A DNA stretch of 41,612 nucleotides from Patescibacteria group bacterium (GTDB taxonomy: Bacteria; Patescibacteriota; Minisyncoccia; Phycocordibacterales; SBAW01): positions 1 to 41,612 of the forward strand of contig JAGWIT010000003.1 of NCBI GenBank assembly GCA_028866155.1, written 5' to 3'. A program made the position numbers and the translations under genes. The notes beneath the pieces are model-generated. The model was given only the letters and a program-made list of their open reading frames with translations, ran no database searches and was not told the DNA's origin. Of this stretch, positions 26,044 through 35,988 are shown in pieces (positions within the stretch are counted from its first letter, which is position 1; the number at the start of each line of letters is the position of its first letter).

Positions 26044-27198
26044 CTACATCCGCAAGGTTCTGAGATAGCGGGGGAGCTCTCTCATTTGAACAATGGTTTG
26101 GGAGGAATTGATGGTCGAGCGGACGATGATGGTGCCGTCGAGCGCCTCGCGCTGGCCCATAATGAGGAGGTACGGCACGCCCTGCTCGCGCGCAGCGAGG
26201 AGTTGCGGCGAGAGATGCGTCGCGTCAAACGACTGCAACACCCCGATGTGCGCCTCGCGCAGCATGTCGACGACGGCAAGCCCCTGTAATTTTGCACGAA
26301 GGCCGAGCTGGATAAAGTAAACCCGCGGGCCTTTTTTGCCAGGGCGCTCAAGAGAGGTGAAGCTTGAGCGAGCCGCGCCCTTTTTGTAGAAGAAGATGCT
26401 CGCCGCCACGCCCACCGCCTCCTTGCGGCCGGTTTCGCGCCGCAGATAGTCGTCAAAGCGCCCGCCGCGGGCGCTGAGCACCGTTGCGTCCTCTCCGGAG
26501 AGGTCGACGGCAAACGCGATGTGCGGGTCGCGCGCATCGCCCACCAGCAGGTCATCGAGCTCATAGGGGAGACCCAAATTTTCGAGGTGCTCCAAGACGC
26601 TTTTAAAGTGAGTGCGGCTCTTTTCGGAGAGAAAGTTCACCGGCCGCGGGCCGTCGGCCAAAATAGCGCGGCATGTTTCATGCGAGCAGGCGTAGTAGGA
26701 GAGCGGGGTGCCGAGCGATTGCTGCCGGCACGCTTGGTCGAACTGCTGCTGTTGTTTGCGCAGGTAGGAGACGAGCTCGCGCTCGAAGCGCTGTTTGGAG
26801 TCCTTGTCGCCGAGCGCGTTGATGCGCACGCGGGATATCGCCGCGCCCCACTCGCCGAAGATCGCCGCAATGGTTTTGAGCAGGACCACTTCGCCGACGC
26901 TCTCGCCCGAGCCAACGACTTGCAGCCCGAACTCCCCCACATCGCGTGCATTTAAATTTAGAGGCAGGTGCGCGGGCTGGGGCGATGCATAGAACGCGAG
27001 CGCGGGCTCGCCCGGGCGCACCGCCACGCATGCGGCGCACACCGCGGCGACCGTCTCGAACGAATGTGCGCCTTTGCGCTTAACCAAACGGTTTGCCGCG
27101 ATGCGCTCTATCTCGCGGCTCGGGTGGAAGCCATAGAACGAGGCGACCTCGGTCGCGTGTTTGAGGAAGGCTGCAGGCGACGTTCTGTTCGCGCTCAT
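26044..27198 (-). CDS. Histidyl-tRNA synthetase-like protein with degenerate catalytic motifs and an anticodon-binding domain
   Basis: A.FYGF, INALGD, GGRFDD, GV.ASI, C-terminal GVPYLLIMGQREALDGTIIVR; class II motif 2 not recognisable. Confidence 0.75.
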   Translation of the reverse strand: MSANRTSPAAFLKHATEVASFYGFHPSREIERIAANRLVKRKGAHSFETVAAVCAACVAVRPGEPALAFYASPQPAHLPLNLNARDVGEFGLQVVGSGESVGEVVLLKTIAAIFGEWGAAISRVRINALGDKDSKQRFERELVSYLRKQQQQFDQACRQQSLGTPLSYYACSHETCRAILADGPRPVNFLSEKSRTHFKSVLEHLENLGLPYELDDLLVGDARDPHIAFAVDLSGEDATVLSARGGRFDDYLRRETGRKEAVGVAASIFFYKKGAARSSFTSLERPGKKGPRVYFIQLGLRAKLQGLAVVDMLREAHIGVLQSFDATHLSPQLLAAREQGVPYLLIMGQREALDGTIIVRSTINSSQTIVQMRELPRYLRTLRM

Positions 27199-27201
27199 AT
27201 G

Positions 27202-27762
27202 TTATTGGGTGGGCTCTGTGACGCTTCCCGGCAGGATGGTGATATTTTGTATGGGCAGGAGCCTTAGGAAGGCGCGGCCGATGATATTGGCTTTGGGTAC
27301 GGTGCCCCAGTAGCGCGAGTCGGAGCTTTCGGGCCGGTTATCGCCCATCACAAAGTAGCTGTTTTGGTCGAGCACGGTCGTTTGGTCGGCGCCGTTGCCT
27401 ACGTTGACCACGTACGGCTCGGGCAGGCGGATGATCGCGCCCGCGGTTGTGGTCACATAGACCCCGCCATTTTGGATTTTGACCGTCTCGCCGGGCAGGC
27501 CGATGATTCGCTTGATAAAGAACTGCGACGGGTCCTTGGGATAGCGGAAGATGATGACATCGCCGCGCTGGGGCGCCTCAAAATGATAGGAAAGCTCGTC
27601 GACAATGAGGTATTGTCCGGTCTCAAAGGTCGGCACCATCGACGCGCCCGACACAATGAACGGCTGTGCGACAAAAAGACGCACCGGGACGACGATGATG
27701 AGCGCGATGAGGGCAAATTTGAGGAGTTCGGTGAAGAAATTATCACGCTTCTCCTCTGGCAT
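27202..27762 (-). CDS. lepB: Signal peptidase I
   Basis: GASMVPT, RGDVIIF, FIKRIIGLPGE, MGDNR..SSDSR.WG. Confidence 0.96.
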   Translation of the reverse strand: MPEEKRDNFFTELLKFALIALIIVVPVRLFVAQPFIVSGASMVPTFETGQYLIVDELSYHFEAPQRGDVIIFRYPKDPSQFFIKRIIGLPGETVKIQNGGVYVTTTAGAIIRLPEPYVVNVGNGADQTTVLDQNSYFVMGDNRPESSDSRYWGTVPKANIIGRAFLRLLPIQNITILPGSVTEPTQ

Positions 27763-27841
27763 GGCACCATTGTACGCCCGCCCGCCTACAATGCAAGCTC
27801 GATTTGCTATTTGAATCGCGATGCTCGATACTTACCCGCAT

Positions 27842-28390
27842 ATGTGGGTTATTGCGGGGCTTGGCAACCCGGGGAAGGAGTACGAAGGCACGCGGCACAA
27901 CGCGGGACGCGAGCTTTTGCTGGCGATAGAGAAGAGGGACGGCACAAAAGGAAAGTTGTTCGGCAAAAAAGCGCTCGTCGTCTATCCGGATGTGTACATG
28001 AACAACTCCGGCGGCCCCATCAAAAAGCTCATCACCTCAAAAAAAGAGCTCGAGCACTTGGCAGTGGTGCACGACGAGCTCGATTTGCCTCTGGGCAAAG
28101 TAAAAATATCCTACGGCTCGTCCGCCGGCGGGCACAAAGGTGTTGCGTCGGTGCAGAAAGCGCTCAAATCACAGGACTTCGTGCGCATCCGCGTGGGTAT
28201 CAGCGGTTCGACGCCTTCAGGCAAATTAAAAAGACCCGACCCAAAGAAAATTGTCGACTTCGTGCTGGGCAAATTCAAACCGAGCGAGCAAGAAAAGTTA
28301 AAGAAAGCAAAAAAAATAACCAGCGAGGCGCTCGAGTTGCTTGTAACAGAAGGCCGCGACCGCGCGATGAACGAAATCAACTCCCGCTAG
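27842..28390 (+). CDS. pth: Peptidyl-tRNA hydrolase
   Basis: GLGNPG, TRHNAG, YMNNSG, VHDELDL, GGHKG, RIRVGI, FVLGKF. Confidence 0.95.
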   Translation: MWVIAGLGNPGKEYEGTRHNAGRELLLAIEKRDGTKGKLFGKKALVVYPDVYMNNSGGPIKKLITSKKELEHLAVVHDELDLPLGKVKISYGSSAGGHKGVASVQKALKSQDFVRIRVGISGSTPSGKLKRPDPKKIVDFVLGKFKPSEQEKLKKAKKITSEALELLVTEGRDRAMNEINSR

Positions 28391-28504
28391 CCGCTTCATC
28401 TAAACTTTTGGACAGTTTTGGCATGATTGATGGGGGAGTTTCAGCGTACAAACACCCCGCCATATTGCCATCAACAACTGGAACACCAACAGCAGGGGGA
28501 CCTG

Positions 28505-28714
28505 ATGAAGATATTGCTGGTCGGCAGGGAAAAAGAGGCATTGCAAATATATCAGCGCTTGCTCGCAAGCTTCGGGATAGAAGCGGACGTAGGGGAGTGT
28601 TGGTCAAATGAGCACACAATTGTGATCCATCTGTGGCCCATGCATGCTTGTCAATTGCGCGAGCAATTGTGCGCCGCGTCCGGTGCTGAAGATAAACAAA
28701 AGTCCGCCGGGTAG
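28505..28714 (+). CDS. Small hypothetical protein
   Basis: SD-like GGGGGA before ATG 28505, followed by a terminator hairpin. Confidence 0.45.
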   Translation: MKILLVGREKEALQIYQRLLASFGIEADVGECWSNEHTIVIHLWPMHACQLREQLCAASGAEDKQKSAG

Positions 28715-28730
28715 ATCCCCGGCGGTTTTT
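28704..28730. terminator. Intrinsic terminator
   Basis: CCGCCGGG-tagatc-CCCGGCGG-TTTTT. Confidence 0.75.
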
Positions 28731-28759
28731 CCTTGGATTATTTTATTTCCCGCACTTTT

Positions 28760-29899
28760 TTATTGTTTGCTTCCAGCAAATGCCAAAGCCATACGCATCT
28801 CTTTGGGGTCGAAGAGCGAGATGGTGAATGGGTAGCGCTTGCCGAGCTCGAGGTTCTGGCGCAGTTTTTCCTCCGAGCCGAACTCCGAGACGTGCACAAG
28901 CCCCGCGATGCCTTCCTCAATGCTTGCGAGCGCGCCATGCTTGTTAAATTTGATAACCACGCCCTCGACGCGGTCGCCTTTGTTGTATTTGCCGGAGGCC
29001 GTCTGCCACGGATTGTCTTTAAGCTGTTTGACCGAGAGCGAAACTTTGCCGTCTTTAATATCGATTATCTTTACTTTGACGCGGTCGCCCACCTTAAAGA
29101 AGTGGCGCGGGTCGTCAACGAGGCCCCAGTCGATCTCTGAGATATGCACGAGGCCCTCGAGGCCCTCTTCGAGCTTGAGAAAGACGCCGAAGTCGACCAT
29201 GCCGGTGACCTCGCCCATGACCACGTCGCCCACTTGGTAGCTGGCGACGAGTTCCTTCTTTTCTTTATCATCCGCGCCTTTCTCGCTAAAGATAAGTTTG
29301 CCCTCCTTCGGCGCGGCGGAGATTATCGAGACCGCCAGGCGGGTGCCCACCAGCTTGCGCAGTTCGTCGAGTATCTTGTCCTTGTCGCCGTCCATGACGC
29401 GCGGGTAGTGCTCGGCTTTGAGCTGTGATGCGGGGAGGAAGCCGCCGATGCCCTGCCAGTCCAAAATGAGTCCGCCTTTGTTGGCCTCTTTGACCGTAAG
29501 TTCAAATTGTGCTTTTTGCTTGACCGCCTCTTCGGCCTCGGCCCAAATGATGGCCTGGCGCGCCTCTTTGAGCGATAGTTCGATGTAGCCGTCCTTGGTG
29601 TCGGTCGCCAGCACTTTTGCCGCGACGATATCGCCGACGTTGGTGCGCTTGATGACTTCGCGCGCGTTGAGGTATTCGCGCCCGTAGATGACGCCCGTGC
29701 CGAAGGGAGGCAGGTCGATGTAGAGTCGCGCGCGGTCGAGCGCCAGAACCTTGCCCTCGATGATATCGCCCGGCTGGGGCGGGGTGGGGGCCTGTTCGAG
29801 CATCCCTTGCATCACCGAAGAGACCGGCGCCTGTCCGTCTGCGCCGTTTTCCATATCAGTGGTATGCGCCACGTTTAAAGTGGCTGTTTTTGCAGTCAT
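28760..29899 (-). CDS. rpsA: 30S ribosomal protein S1 (four S1 domains)
   Basis: GDIIEGKV, NKGGL...GFLPASQL, DFGVF...EGLVHISEI, GLVHVSE. Confidence 0.92.
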   Translation of the reverse strand: MTAKTATLNVAHTTDMENGADGQAPVSSVMQGMLEQAPTPPQPGDIIEGKVLALDRARLYIDLPPFGTGVIYGREYLNAREVIKRTNVGDIVAAKVLATDTKDGYIELSLKEARQAIIWAEAEEAVKQKAQFELTVKEANKGGLILDWQGIGGFLPASQLKAEHYPRVMDGDKDKILDELRKLVGTRLAVSIISAAPKEGKLIFSEKGADDKEKKELVASYQVGDVVMGEVTGMVDFGVFLKLEEGLEGLVHISEIDWGLVDDPRHFFKVGDRVKVKIIDIKDGKVSLSVKQLKDNPWQTASGKYNKGDRVEGVVIKFNKHGALASIEEGIAGLVHVSEFGSEEKLRQNLELGKRYPFTISLFDPKEMRMALAFAGSKQ

Positions 29900-30027
29900 A
29901 TATTGGTTTGTTGGTCGAGTCCTCCCGAAGGAGATTATTCCCGAGCCGGTTAATAAAAAGCCCTAGCCTTTTATTGCTAGGGACTATACCGCGGCGCCTT
30001 ATTTTTTGCAACCTTATAAAATTGAAG

Positions 30028-30061
30028 ACCCCAGCCCGCGCAATGCGCTAAAGCTGGGGTC
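30028..30061. terminator. Hairpin, probable terminator of the 30125-30310 unit
   Basis: GACCCCAGC...GCTGGGGTC. Confidence 0.55.
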
Positions 30062-30124
30062 GGGGTTCCTGCGGCCTGCTGGTCAGTTCAAATAAATCCC
30101 GCAAGGCGCGGGATGGTCGGATGT

Positions 30125-30310
30125 TCACAAGAATTTCGGGTCCTCGGACCATATGCCCAGACGAGCTTCCCGCGTGTTGGAGTGGGTGACATCAATAGTT
30201 CGCGGTCCGTCAATCGGAGGTTTTTCGGGCCAATACTTCGGATCAATGCCCACATATTCGGGCGCCACGTTCTTGGCCCGACAACTCGGCTCGTTTTTGC
30301 CTGACGACAT
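30125..30310 (-). CDS. Small hypothetical protein
   Basis: SD-like AGGGAG upstream and hairpins downstream; no recognisable motif. Confidence 0.35.
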   Translation of the reverse strand: MSSGKNEPSCRAKNVAPEYVGIDPKYWPEKPPIDGPRTIDVTHSNTREARLGIWSEDPKFL

Positions 30311-30407
30311 GCGCTTTTCTCCCTAAGGTGCGTACCCCGCCATCCTACGAAGCTGGTTCTTTTTAGTCAATATGGCACTGTTAATATCGGTTCAAATATG
30401 ATAAAAT

Positions 30408-31049
30408 ATGTTCATGGTTATCAGCTATTTTGGGGGCGAGTGCTTCAAGGTGACGCAAGGCGACTTGACGCTCGCCTTTAACCCTCCCTCTAAAGACTCT
30501 TCGCTCAAGGCCTCAAAATTTGGCGCGGACATCGCGCTCGTGTCGCTCAATCATGAAGACTTCAACGGGGTGGAGAACGCGGCTTTTGGCGAGCGCGAGC
30601 CGTTTGTGATATCGGGCCCCGGCGAGTACGAGGTCAAGGGCGTGGCCGTGCGTGGCTTCGGCTCGGAGTCAAACTATGGAGGTAAAGGAATAAATACTAT
30701 ATATAGTGTGTCGCTCGAGGGGATAAACCTCTGTTTTTTGGGAGCACTCAGCTCGGCCGAGTTGCCGCAGACGGCCAAGCAGGAGCTCGACGACATCGAT
30801 ATTCTCTTTTTGCCCATCGGCCCTTCGACAGGCTCAGGGCAAGCGACCGATCTGCTTGACTATTCAGGAGCCTATGCACTTGCGGTAAAGTTGGAGCCGA
30901 AGGTCATTGTACCGATGCACTACACCTCCGAAACGCTCAAGTCGTTTCTTAAAGAGGCGGGCGAGGAGGTGGGTCCGGTCGAGAAGCTCACGGTCAAGAA
31001 AAAAGATCTCGAAGGCAAAGAGGGTGAGATAATCGTATTGCAGGCATAA
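30408..31049 (+). CDS. MBL-fold (Lactamase_B_3-like) protein, metal ligands partly degenerate
   Basis: ISYFGGECF, PGEYEVKG, DILFLPIG, EPKVIVPMHY; the true start may be 30414. Confidence 0.85.
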   Translation: MFMVISYFGGECFKVTQGDLTLAFNPPSKDSSLKASKFGADIALVSLNHEDFNGVENAAFGEREPFVISGPGEYEVKGVAVRGFGSESNYGGKGINTIYSVSLEGINLCFLGALSSAELPQTAKQELDDIDILFLPIGPSTGSGQATDLLDYSGAYALAVKLEPKVIVPMHYTSETLKSFLKEAGEEVGPVEKLTVKKKDLEGKEGEIIVLQA

Positions 31050-31080
31050 CTACGAGTTTACGAGTAAAGTATAAGAAGAT

Positions 31081-31326
31081 ATGCGCTACATCGAACACAT
31101 CAAAACCAAATCGACCCACGAGCGCCGCGCGCACGCGATACAAATGTCGTCTGCGATTTTGATAGTGGTGTTTTTGGTCTGGGTGTCGACGCTCGGATGG
31201 CGTTTTGCCTCAATCCCGCCGCAAACCGCCAGCTCGGATGTCTCGCAGACTGCGAGCGTGGTGCAGGCGAGCAATGGGAACGCAACTTTGTTAGTATCCA
31301 CGACGACCGACAGTTACGGGCAATAA
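31081..31326 (+). CDS. Small single-TM hypothetical protein
   Basis: Hydrophobic segment; tightly operonic with gyrA. Confidence 0.7.
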   Translation: MRYIEHIKTKSTHERRAHAIQMSSAILIVVFLVWVSTLGWRFASIPPQTASSDVSQTASVVQASNGNATLLVSTTTDSYGQ

Positions 31327-31329
31327 ACT

Positions 31330-33807
31330 ATGGCTAAGGAAAAAGAAGAAAACGCGCCTCAACCGGGCAGCGAACATAAAAACGTGATAGAACGCAACAT
31401 CTCAACCGAGATGCGCGAGTCATACCTCGACTACGCGATGTCGGTCATTACCAGCCGCGCTCTCCCGGACGTGCGCGACGGGCTCAAGCCCGTGCATCGC
31501 CGCATCCTCTACGCGATGCACCGCATGGGGCTCACGCCGCAAGCGCGATTTCGCAAGTCGGCGGCGGTCGTGGGCGACGTGCTCGGCAAATACCATCCGC
31601 ACGGCGATGCGTCGGTGTATGACGCGATGGTCAAGATGGCGCAGGACTTCTCGATGCGCTATCCGCTCATCATCGGGCAGGGCAACTTCGGTTCAATCGA
31701 CGGCGACTCGGCCGCGGCCATGCGCTACACCGAGGCCAAGATGTCGAGGATGGCAGAGCAGTTGCTCGGCGATTTGGAGAAAGACACCGTCAACTGGCGG
31801 CCCAACTACGACGGCACTCTTAAAGAGCCCGAGGTTTTGCCCGCGGCGGTGCCCAACATTTTGCTCAACGGCACTTTAGGCATCGCGGTCGGCATGGCCA
31901 CTTCTATCCCTCCGCACAACCTGCAGGAGCTCTCCGCGGCGCTCACGCATCTCATCGAAAACCCCTCGGCATCGGTCGAGGATTTGATGGAGTTCGTCAC
32001 CGGTCCCGACTTTCCGACGGGGGCGGTCGCGTTTAATAAAAAAGATTTGCTCCACGCCTACTCCACCGGCAAGGGCGGCGTCGTCGTGCGCGGCAATGCC
32101 GAAATTGTTGAGGGCAAAAAGGGCGATTTTCAAATTATCATCAACTCGATACCCTACCGCGTCAACAAGGCCGACCTTATCGTGCGCATAGCCGACCTGG
32201 TTCGCGACAAAAAAATCGACGGCATCCGGGGGCTCCGCGACGAGTCGACACGCGACATCCGCGTGGTCGTCGACCTCAAGCAGGGCGCGCATCCGCAAAA
32301 GATCCTCAACTATCTCTACAAGCACACGGCGCTCGAGGACACCTTCCACTTCAACATGGTGGTATTGGTCGACGGCGTGCCGCAAACGCTGTCGCTCAAA
32401 GGCATTTTGCAGGAGTTCATCAAGCATCGCAAAGAGGTGGTCAAACGCCGCACCCAATTTGATTTGACGAAGGCGCAGGAGCGAGAGCACATCCTTCTTG
32501 GCCTCAAAAAAGCGCTCGACCACATCGACGAAATAATCAAGATAATCCGCGCGTCAAAGGACGTGCCCGAGGCGCACCAGAACTTGGTTAAGCGATTTAA
32601 ATTCTCGGATCTTCAGACCGCGGCGATTTTGGAGATGAAGCTCTCGCGCCTCGCCAATCTCGAGCGCAAGAAGGTCGAGGACGAATTGAAAGAGGTGCAG
32701 GCGCTCATCGAAGAGCTCACCGCGCTTTTAAATTCTGAGAAAAAGATGCTCGGAGTTATCAAAACCGAGATAGTCGAGATTGCCAAAAAACATGGAGACG
32801 AGCGCGAGACAAAAATAGTCAAAGGCGCCGCGGGCATCATCAACATTGAGGACCTCGTGCCCGACGAAGAGCAGGTGCTCGTGCTCACGGCCGGCGGCTA
32901 TGTGAAGCGCACCAACCCCGAGGAGTTTCGCAAGCAAAAGCGCGGCGGCGTGGGCGTCATTGACCTCGACACCAAAGAGGAGGACTTTGTCACAACCTTC
33001 CTCACCACCTCGACCCACAGCGACCTGCTCTTTTTTACCGACCTCGGCAAGGCCTATCAAATAAAGTTCTATGAGCTTCCCGAGGGGAAGCGCTCAACCA
33101 AGGGCAAGGCGATTGTCAACTTCCTCTCCGTCTCTGACAAAGAAAAGGTGACGAGCGTCCTGCCGATGCGCAAGAACCAGAAGGAGGGTGAAAAGTTTCT
33201 CTATATGATAACCAAGCAGGGCGTCGCTAAAAAAGTGGATGCGACGGCGTTCCACGATGTGCGGCGCTCGGGATTGATTGCGCAAAAACTCCAAAAGGGC
33301 GACGAGCTTATCGCCGCGCTCTTGGTTGAAAAGGGCGACGAGATTGTGCTCTCGAGCGCCAAGGGGCAGGCTATTCGTTTTAAAGAAAGCGATATCCGCG
33401 CGATGGGGCGCGCCGCAGGCGGCGTGCGCGGGATGAAGTTAAAGAGCGGCGACTTCATTGTCGGCGCCGACGTGGTGAAAAAGGGAGTCAAAGACCTCGA
33501 GGTGTTGGTCGTGTCGCGCAACGGCTACGGCAAAACAACGCCCACCGCGCAGTATAAAACCCAAAAAAGAGGCGGCGGCGGCATCAAAACAATCAAAGTG
33601 ACCCCTAAAACCGGCCCGCTCATTGCCGCAAAAGTGATTTCTAAAGAAGAAGGCGTAGGCGAGGATGAAATTGTCGTCGTGTCCCAAAAAGGCCAGGTCA
33701 TCCGCACCGAGCTCAAACAAATCCCATCGCTCTCCCGCGGCACCCAAGGCGTGCGCATAATGAAACTGAGGGAAGGCGACGCGATTGCCAGCTTCGTTTG
33801 TTTATAA
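31330..33807 (+). CDS. gyrA: DNA gyrase subunit A
   Basis: [29 protein letters not shown] (catalytic Tyr), GyrA-box QKRGGVG, pinwheel repeats. Confidence 0.98.
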   Translation: MAKEKEENAPQPGSEHKNVIERNISTEMRESYLDYAMSVITSRALPDVRDGLKPVHRRILYAMHRMGLTPQARFRKSAAVVGDVLGKYHPHGDASVYDAMVKMAQDFSMRYPLIIGQGNFGSIDGDSAAAMRYTEAKMSRMAEQLLGDLEKDTVNWRPNYDGTLKEPEVLPAAVPNILLNGTLGIAVGMATSIPPHNLQELSAALTHLIENPSASVEDLMEFVTGPDFPTGAVAFNKKDLLHAYSTGKGGVVVRGNAEIVEGKKGDFQIIINSIPYRVNKADLIVRIADLVRDKKIDGIRGLRDESTRDIRVVVDLKQGAHPQKILNYLYKHTALEDTFHFNMVVLVDGVPQTLSLKGILQEFIKHRKEVVKRRTQFDLTKAQEREHILLGLKKALDHIDEIIKIIRASKDVPEAHQNLVKRFKFSDLQTAAILEMKLSRLANLERKKVEDELKEVQALIEELTALLNSEKKMLGVIKTEIVEIAKKHGDERETKIVKGAAGIINIEDLVPDEEQVLVLTAGGYVKRTNPEEFRKQKRGGVGVIDLDTKEEDFVTTFLTTSTHSDLLFFTDLGKAYQIKFYELPEGKRSTKGKAIVNFLSVSDKEKVTSVLPMRKNQKEGEKFLYMITKQGVAKKVDATAFHDVRRSGLIAQKLQKGDELIAALLVEKGDEIVLSSAKGQAIRFKESDIRAMGRAAGGVRGMKLKSGDFIVGADVVKKGVKDLEVLVVSRNGYGKTTPTAQYKTQKRGGGGIKTIKVTPKTGPLIAAKVISKEEGVGEDEIVVVSQKGQVIRTELKQIPSLSRGTQGVRIMKLREGDAIASFVCL

Positions 33808-33813
33808 AAATTT

Positions 33814-34263
33814 ATGGTGCAGTCTAAATATTTTCCTGACGCGTTTTATCGGGTGTCGATCAAGGGCGTGCTGGTCGAAGATGACCAACTTATGTTGGTT
33901 GAGGACAGCGAGAGTCTTCCTATTGAGTGGGAGTTGCCCGGCGGGGGTTTGGACTTCGGCGAGAATTTCCGCGGGGCTCTGGCACGTGAAATTAAAGAGG
34001 AGATGGGGCTTGAGGTCACAAAAATTGCTGACAAGCCACTTTATATGTACACCCACAAACGTTTTGAGCGTCGTGAGATGGACTGGTTTTGGGTGCTCAT
34101 TATGGCCTACCCGATTAAATTAGACTACAAAAAGTTTATTCCGACTGACTCCTGTCTCTCGATTAAGTTTATGACAAAGGAGGAAATGTTTGCCGATAAA
34201 GACAATATAGCTGATCAAATTCGTCCGCTCGTCGATCTCTTCAACCCTGCAGATTTCAAGTGA
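33814..34263 (+). CDS. NUDIX hydrolase
   Basis: WELPGGGLDFGENFRGALAREIKEEMG. Confidence 0.9.
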   Translation: MVQSKYFPDAFYRVSIKGVLVEDDQLMLVEDSESLPIEWELPGGGLDFGENFRGALAREIKEEMGLEVTKIADKPLYMYTHKRFERREMDWFWVLIMAYPIKLDYKKFIPTDSCLSIKFMTKEEMFADKDNIADQIRPLVDLFNPADFK

Positions 34264-34286
34264 TCATCTACCAAAGATTTTGAGGT

Positions 34287-34817
34287 ATGAAACCGATTGC
34301 ACTAGATTTGTTACATAAAGAAAGAGTGTGTGTTTTGGCGGTGCCTATGGGGGGCGGCGAGCCGCATGCTGCGGTGGTGCACTACTCGCAGCAAACCGAC
34401 CCGGTTAAGATTTTTATACAAACATACCCGACAGTTAAAGTGCAGGCGATTAAAGACAGGGGAGGCAGGGCGCCTGCAGCGGTCGTGGTGGGGCTTGATG
34501 AGGCGGCGTTTGTGACGCTCCAAATGCACGGGCAGGTGCGTATTGTTTCCGACTCGGCCGAGCTCGAGCAAGTTTACAAAATACACTACGCCAAACACCC
34601 CGATGCCGAAAAATATAAGAGTGCGACTACCATTTTCCTAGAATTTACCCCCACTTGGTGGCGCTATTCGGATTTTAAAACAGACCCAGAGACGACGGTT
34701 GAAGGGAAATTAGGATCACTTACAAGGATTTTGAGAAGGTTGATATACGTGCGGGACGTATTATTGACGTGCAGGATTTTCCTGAGGCTCGCAAGGCCGC
34801 CTATAAACTCGAGATAG
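34287..34817 (+). CDS. Pyridoxamine 5'-phosphate oxidase-like split-barrel protein; ancestral stop probably at 34713-34715
   Basis: CVLAV...GEPHAAVV, LQMHG, FTPTWWRYSD; the last 34 aa overlap csaA out of frame. Confidence 0.75.
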   Translation: MKPIALDLLHKERVCVLAVPMGGGEPHAAVVHYSQQTDPVKIFIQTYPTVKVQAIKDRGGRAPAAVVVGLDEAAFVTLQMHGQVRIVSDSAELEQVYKIHYAKHPDAEKYKSATTIFLEFTPTWWRYSDFKTDPETTVEGKLGSLTRILRRLIYVRDVLLTCRIFLRLARPPINSR

Positions 34818-35050
34818 ATTTCGGGCCGGAGATCGGCGTCAAGCAATCGAGCGTGCAGGCGCCAGGCGCGCATACAAAAGAAGAGTTGGTGGGGAGTCTG
34901 GTGTGCTGTGTCGTGAACTTTCCGGTCAAGCGCGTCGGGCCATTTGAGTCCGAAGTGTTGACACTCGGCTTCAAGAACAACGCCGGTAATGGCTGGGTGC
35001 TCATTGAACCCAAAAAAGATTCTGTTGAAATTGGGGGTAAACTGCAATGA
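34712..35050 (+). CDS. csaA: CsaA/Trbp111 tRNA-binding protein; expected ATG reads AGG
   Basis: Frame reads (R)ITYKDFEKVDIRAGRIIDVQDFPEARKAAYKLEIDFG...VNFP...SEVLTLG. Confidence 0.85.
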   Translation, partial: RITYKDFEKVDIRAGRIIDVQDFPEARKAAYKLEIDFGPEIGVKQSSVQAPGAHTKEELVGSLVCCVVNFPVKRVGPFESEVLTLGFKNNAGNGWVLIEPKKDSVEIGGKLQ

Positions 35051-35448
35051 AAAAACTATACGTTGGCTGTAGCCTAACGCAGGCGCCTGAAGATTTTAAA
35101 CAACGGGTTGAAGACCTGAAAAATCTCCTACGAAAAGATTTTGAAATTTTAGATTTCATTGGAGTTATTGCGGGGACTCCGGCCGATGTGTATCTTTGGG
35201 ACATACACGAGTGCGTCGCCAAATGCGATGTGTTTATAGCTATTTGTGATTATCCCGCAATCGGACTGGGATATGAACTCGGTGTTGCGGTCGAGCAGCT
35301 TAAAAAACCAACGCTCGCCTTAGCGCACAAAGATGCAAAAATTTCTCGACTTCTTTTGGGTATTGAATTGCCTTATTATAAATTTGCGAGATACGAAAAT
35401 ATGGGAGAAATCCCAAAAATTTTAGCAGATTTTATTGATAAAATTTAA
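35047..35448 (+). CDS. Nucleoside 2-deoxyribosyltransferase/DNPH1-like protein
   Basis: KLYVGCSL, DI..V..CDVFIA, GLGYELG.A. Confidence 0.75.
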   Translation: MKKLYVGCSLTQAPEDFKQRVEDLKNLLRKDFEILDFIGVIAGTPADVYLWDIHECVAKCDVFIAICDYPAIGLGYELGVAVEQLKKPTLALAHKDAKISRLLLGIELPYYKFARYENMGEIPKILADFIDKI

Positions 35449-35451
35449 AGT

Positions 35452-35628
35452 ATGATTTGCCCGTTTTGCGAGCCGAAACAGCGGGTGTTGGTGGCGCATA
35501 TGTACTACCACGTCTTGCCGCGCGATTTTAAGGACCGGATGCATCAGCTCGTCGATATCCATGACCCGACGCTTTTCGAAGATCTCTCGCCAGAAGAGCA
35601 CGACCGCATCGCAAAACTGCTTGAATAA
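35452..35628 (+). pseudogene. HIT-family protein remnant with in-frame internal deletion
   Basis: MICPFCEPKQRVL joined directly to VAHMYYHVLPR...; 58 aa; absent from the ORF track. Confidence 0.7.
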
Positions 35629-35740
35629 ATCACAAAATTTGATATACTTTTACTCAGCAAACGAATCAAAAAAAGGTTGAAACTTTTTTGCCCGACGCGC
35701 GTATACATATACAGAGACAACAGAAGGGGAGACTTCTCGA

Positions 35741-35983
35741 ATGTCCAATGTTCTTTTTGCTGAAAAATCCACTAGCGTTCGATTCGCGTCGCTCGACGAG
35801 GTCGAGAAGGCTATCAAAATTTTTGCCGCCGACCCGGTCATCGATATGGTCTTGCTTGGCGATGCCGAGCTTCTGTGGGATTTGTCCGGATACGAACTAC
35901 GCGTCCCCGCCCGTGCGGATGGGCGCATCGAGCTGTTGCTCGACCGTTATGAAGTCCCGTTTGTCTTGCAGTCTGCCGACTGA
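35741..35983 (+). CDS. Small acidic hypothetical protein
   Basis: SD-like GGGGGAG upstream and a terminator hairpin downstream. Confidence 0.6.
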   Translation: MSNVLFAEKSTSVRFASLDEVEKAIKIFAADPVIDMVLLGDAELLWDLSGYELRVPARADGRIELLLDRYEVPFVLQSAD

Positions 35984-35988
35984 CGTCC

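Noticed and set aside
27364-28611. 415-aa plus-strand ORF
   Set aside because: Shadow frame over lepB (antisense) and pth (other frame), with no motifs.
34713-34715. TGA/GGA change as a sign of genetic code 25 (UGA=Gly)
   Set aside because: Neighbouring genes end in TGA (34263, 35050) and the long core genes contain no in-frame TGA.
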